A DNA stretch of 44,998 nt. Source: Basidiobolus meristosporus CBS 931.73 (taxonomy: Eukaryota; Fungi; Basidiobolomycota). This document shows positions 43,217 through 44,998 of this stretch, in pieces. The stretch spans positions 1 through 44,998 of the forward strand of contig MCFE01000687.1 of NCBI GenBank assembly GCA_002104905.1, written 5' to 3'. Made by a program: the position numbers and the translations under genes. Position 1 is the stretch's first letter. Each line of letters starts with the position of its first letter. Below the pieces are notes generated by a model. The model searched no databases. It saw only the letters and a program-made list of their open reading frames with translations, and had not been told where the DNA came from.

Positions 43217-43779
43217 TGTTTAATCTCCGTCTCAATCCGTTTCAATTCCTTCTGTGCAGCGCTTTCTGGAGAAGGAAATTTCCCTGGATCCTTCCCTGGA
43301 TCCACCAGGTATAAATATCGAATATCGACAATAATACTACCAGCCATCCTCAAATAAGGCAATGCTCCTTAAGACATACACCTCCGCGATTTTCTGCTTG
43401 GCTTTCACTTTACAGCCATGTTATGGCCATTGGCATTCCCGTCAGACAACCCGGTGGGAATAAGAACCCAAGCCCTGCAGTTGACGACAATGCATCCATG
43501 CCTCACGACCCCCCTAACTAGCCATCTTCCATGATATTTAATTCCAATTATGCCACTTATGCCACCTATGCCCAAACATACTCCTTTTGATTAGGATGCC
43601 TATTGGTCAGCAAGATCTTTCAATAAATCATTAAAAATTTTTGATGGAATTGAGAACTGGTCGAGAAATTTTCTCGTTACTTTGATATCCCCACTAGTTG
43701 CCCCCAGTCATTACTGTTTGTCTGACTTTCAACTTTTATTCGCCAAAGGGGGTCATTCAGGTCACATACGTTAGAAAGC

Positions 43780-44329
43780 ATGCTTAGCATTGTCAGAAAC
43801 TTCTCCAGACTCTCGGTCCAAACCAGCCGCACTTTGACACCCGTGCTCTCGAGCACCAGCAACACTCAGGTGTTGTTGGGTTGCCGCAAACCTTTCGGCT
43901 CACCATTCCAGCCATATCAACCCATCCAGGTCTGCGCCATGTCCACCCTAAACCAAGTGATTCGCGGGTGCCGCAAGCAAAAGAGCAAGCTGTCCAAGTC
44001 CCCTGCTTTAGAAAAGTCGCCACAGCGCAAGGGTGTGTGTACCAAGGTCTACACCACCAAGCCCAAGAAACCCAATTCTGCGCAACGTAAGGTTGCTCGT
44101 GTTAGACTTACCACCGGAAAGACCATTATCGCGTATATTCCTGGTGAGGGACACAACTTGCAGGAGCATAGTGTTGTACTAGTTCGCGGTGGAAAGGTTC
44201 CCGATTTGCCAGGTGTAAAATATCATTATTATCCGTGGTGCCTTGGATTGCCAAGGCGTTCCCAATAGAACTACCTCCAGATCCAAGTATGGTTAACAAG
44301 AAAGCCCGCTGAAAAAGAAGGAGAAATAA
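43780..44329 (+). CDS. MRPS12: Mitochondrial ribosomal protein uS12m with presequence; apparent +1 indels near 44227 and in the last codons
   Basis: Arg/Ser-rich N-terminus, then [53 protein letters not shown]; [22 protein letters not shown] continues in a shifted frame. Confidence 0.88.
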
Positions 44330-44393
44330 GCCCAATCTCCACAACTACATTCATGCACTCATTTACAATCAATAAACCATATTCATTCATAGT

Positions 44394-44450
44394 ACGCTTC
44401 ACTATACTGTACTTAGTTCATTCGTAGTACGCTTCACCTATACTGTAACT
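44394..44450. repeat. Two-copy direct repeat (tagtacgcttcac(c)tatactgta)
   Basis: Seen directly between the convergent 3' ends of MRPS12 and the elongase. Confidence 0.6.
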
Positions 44451-44538
44451 AGAGGAACTTCGGATAAAAACCTGTGGCGGTTAAGCGATGCGACTAATTT
44501 AAACAATCCTAACTTTAGCTAGACCCAAACATGGATTT

Positions 44539-44998
44539 TTATTTAAACAATCTAAAATCAACTAGACCACCTTGGATTTTTTTGCCGTAGGTCCTTTTGG
44601 CAAAATCCTTGAACAAGAAGGTGAGTGGGATAACATAGCTAGCGTTCAAATACACCGCCCAACGACCCTCGTCACTTGTTAAACAGTCATCCACAAACAA
44701 GTAGCTAAGGGCTAGACTGATTCCAATCACAAATTGGGTGATTTGCATGGAGGTTAGGTATTTCTTACCCGGAAGGGGGAATATCCCAGACAGGTTTTAG
44801 TATGTAGTAGAAAATACATGATGGTATGAATGAATGAAATTAAATACAACGAAGATCCATATAGGCGTGGCACTATGGAGGGTCCCATACCACATGGTGA
44901 TGATTGCCCCGGCATGATGGAAGGTCTGGAAGAAAGGAAGGAGCGGCCGGCCTTGACATGGAAAACAGTGAGCGTCGGTGCACAATTGGACGGGCCTA
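44539..44998 (-). CDS. 3' part of a GNS1/SUR4 (ELO) fatty-acid elongase; 5' end outside the window; several apparent indels
   Basis: QTFHHAGA, FVVFN/FIHTIMY/YY, KKYLTSMQITQF motifs spread across shifted frames. Confidence 0.85.

Noticed and set aside
43780-44329. Bacterial or organellar rpsL insertion, or a true pseudogene
   Set aside because: It has an N-terminal mitochondrial-type presequence and no operon neighbours; the indels resemble sequencing errors.

Overview
Eukaryotic genomic DNA, most likely from an early-diverging fungus (inferred from short GT-AG introns, a fungal Psk1/Ypk3-type kinase and a metazoan-like LAMTOR5). There are two sharply separated domains. (1) Positions 1 to ~37,350 form a CpG-depleted block of nested transposons that can be unpacked by hand from termini and target-site duplications (TSDs). 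It holds a Ty3/Gypsy element (6008-14360, CAGT TSD), a Copia element (16873-27185) and several solo Copia LTRs. A two-gene PIF/Harbinger-superfamily DNA transposon occurs three times, two copies being exactly 3,412 bp with 3-bp ANT TSDs (Pangu-like), together with its own 211-bp MITE and a 733-bp foldback derivative. Two TG..CA units are stacked at the same GCGC target site. A 5,789-bp CACTA/EnSpm-type element with CCCTATG termini and an unusual 4-bp TSD sits inside an older copy of its own family. (2) Positions ~37,450-44,998 are a CpG-normal gene region: S6K-like AGC kinase (7 exons), LAMTOR5 (4 exons), a PH-domain protein, an intronless HGSNAT/DUF5009-type membrane acetyltransferase, mitochondrial S12, and the 3' part of a fatty-acid elongase. 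The last two carry homopolymer indels that look like assembly errors. The most notable signals are the Pangu-like family with a completely CpG-free yet intact transposase and 10-bp-phased TGGCAC arrays, the 4-bp-TSD CACTA-like element, the GCGC insertion stack and the bacterial-type HGSNAT homolog. All alignments were made by eye; no database searches were run.
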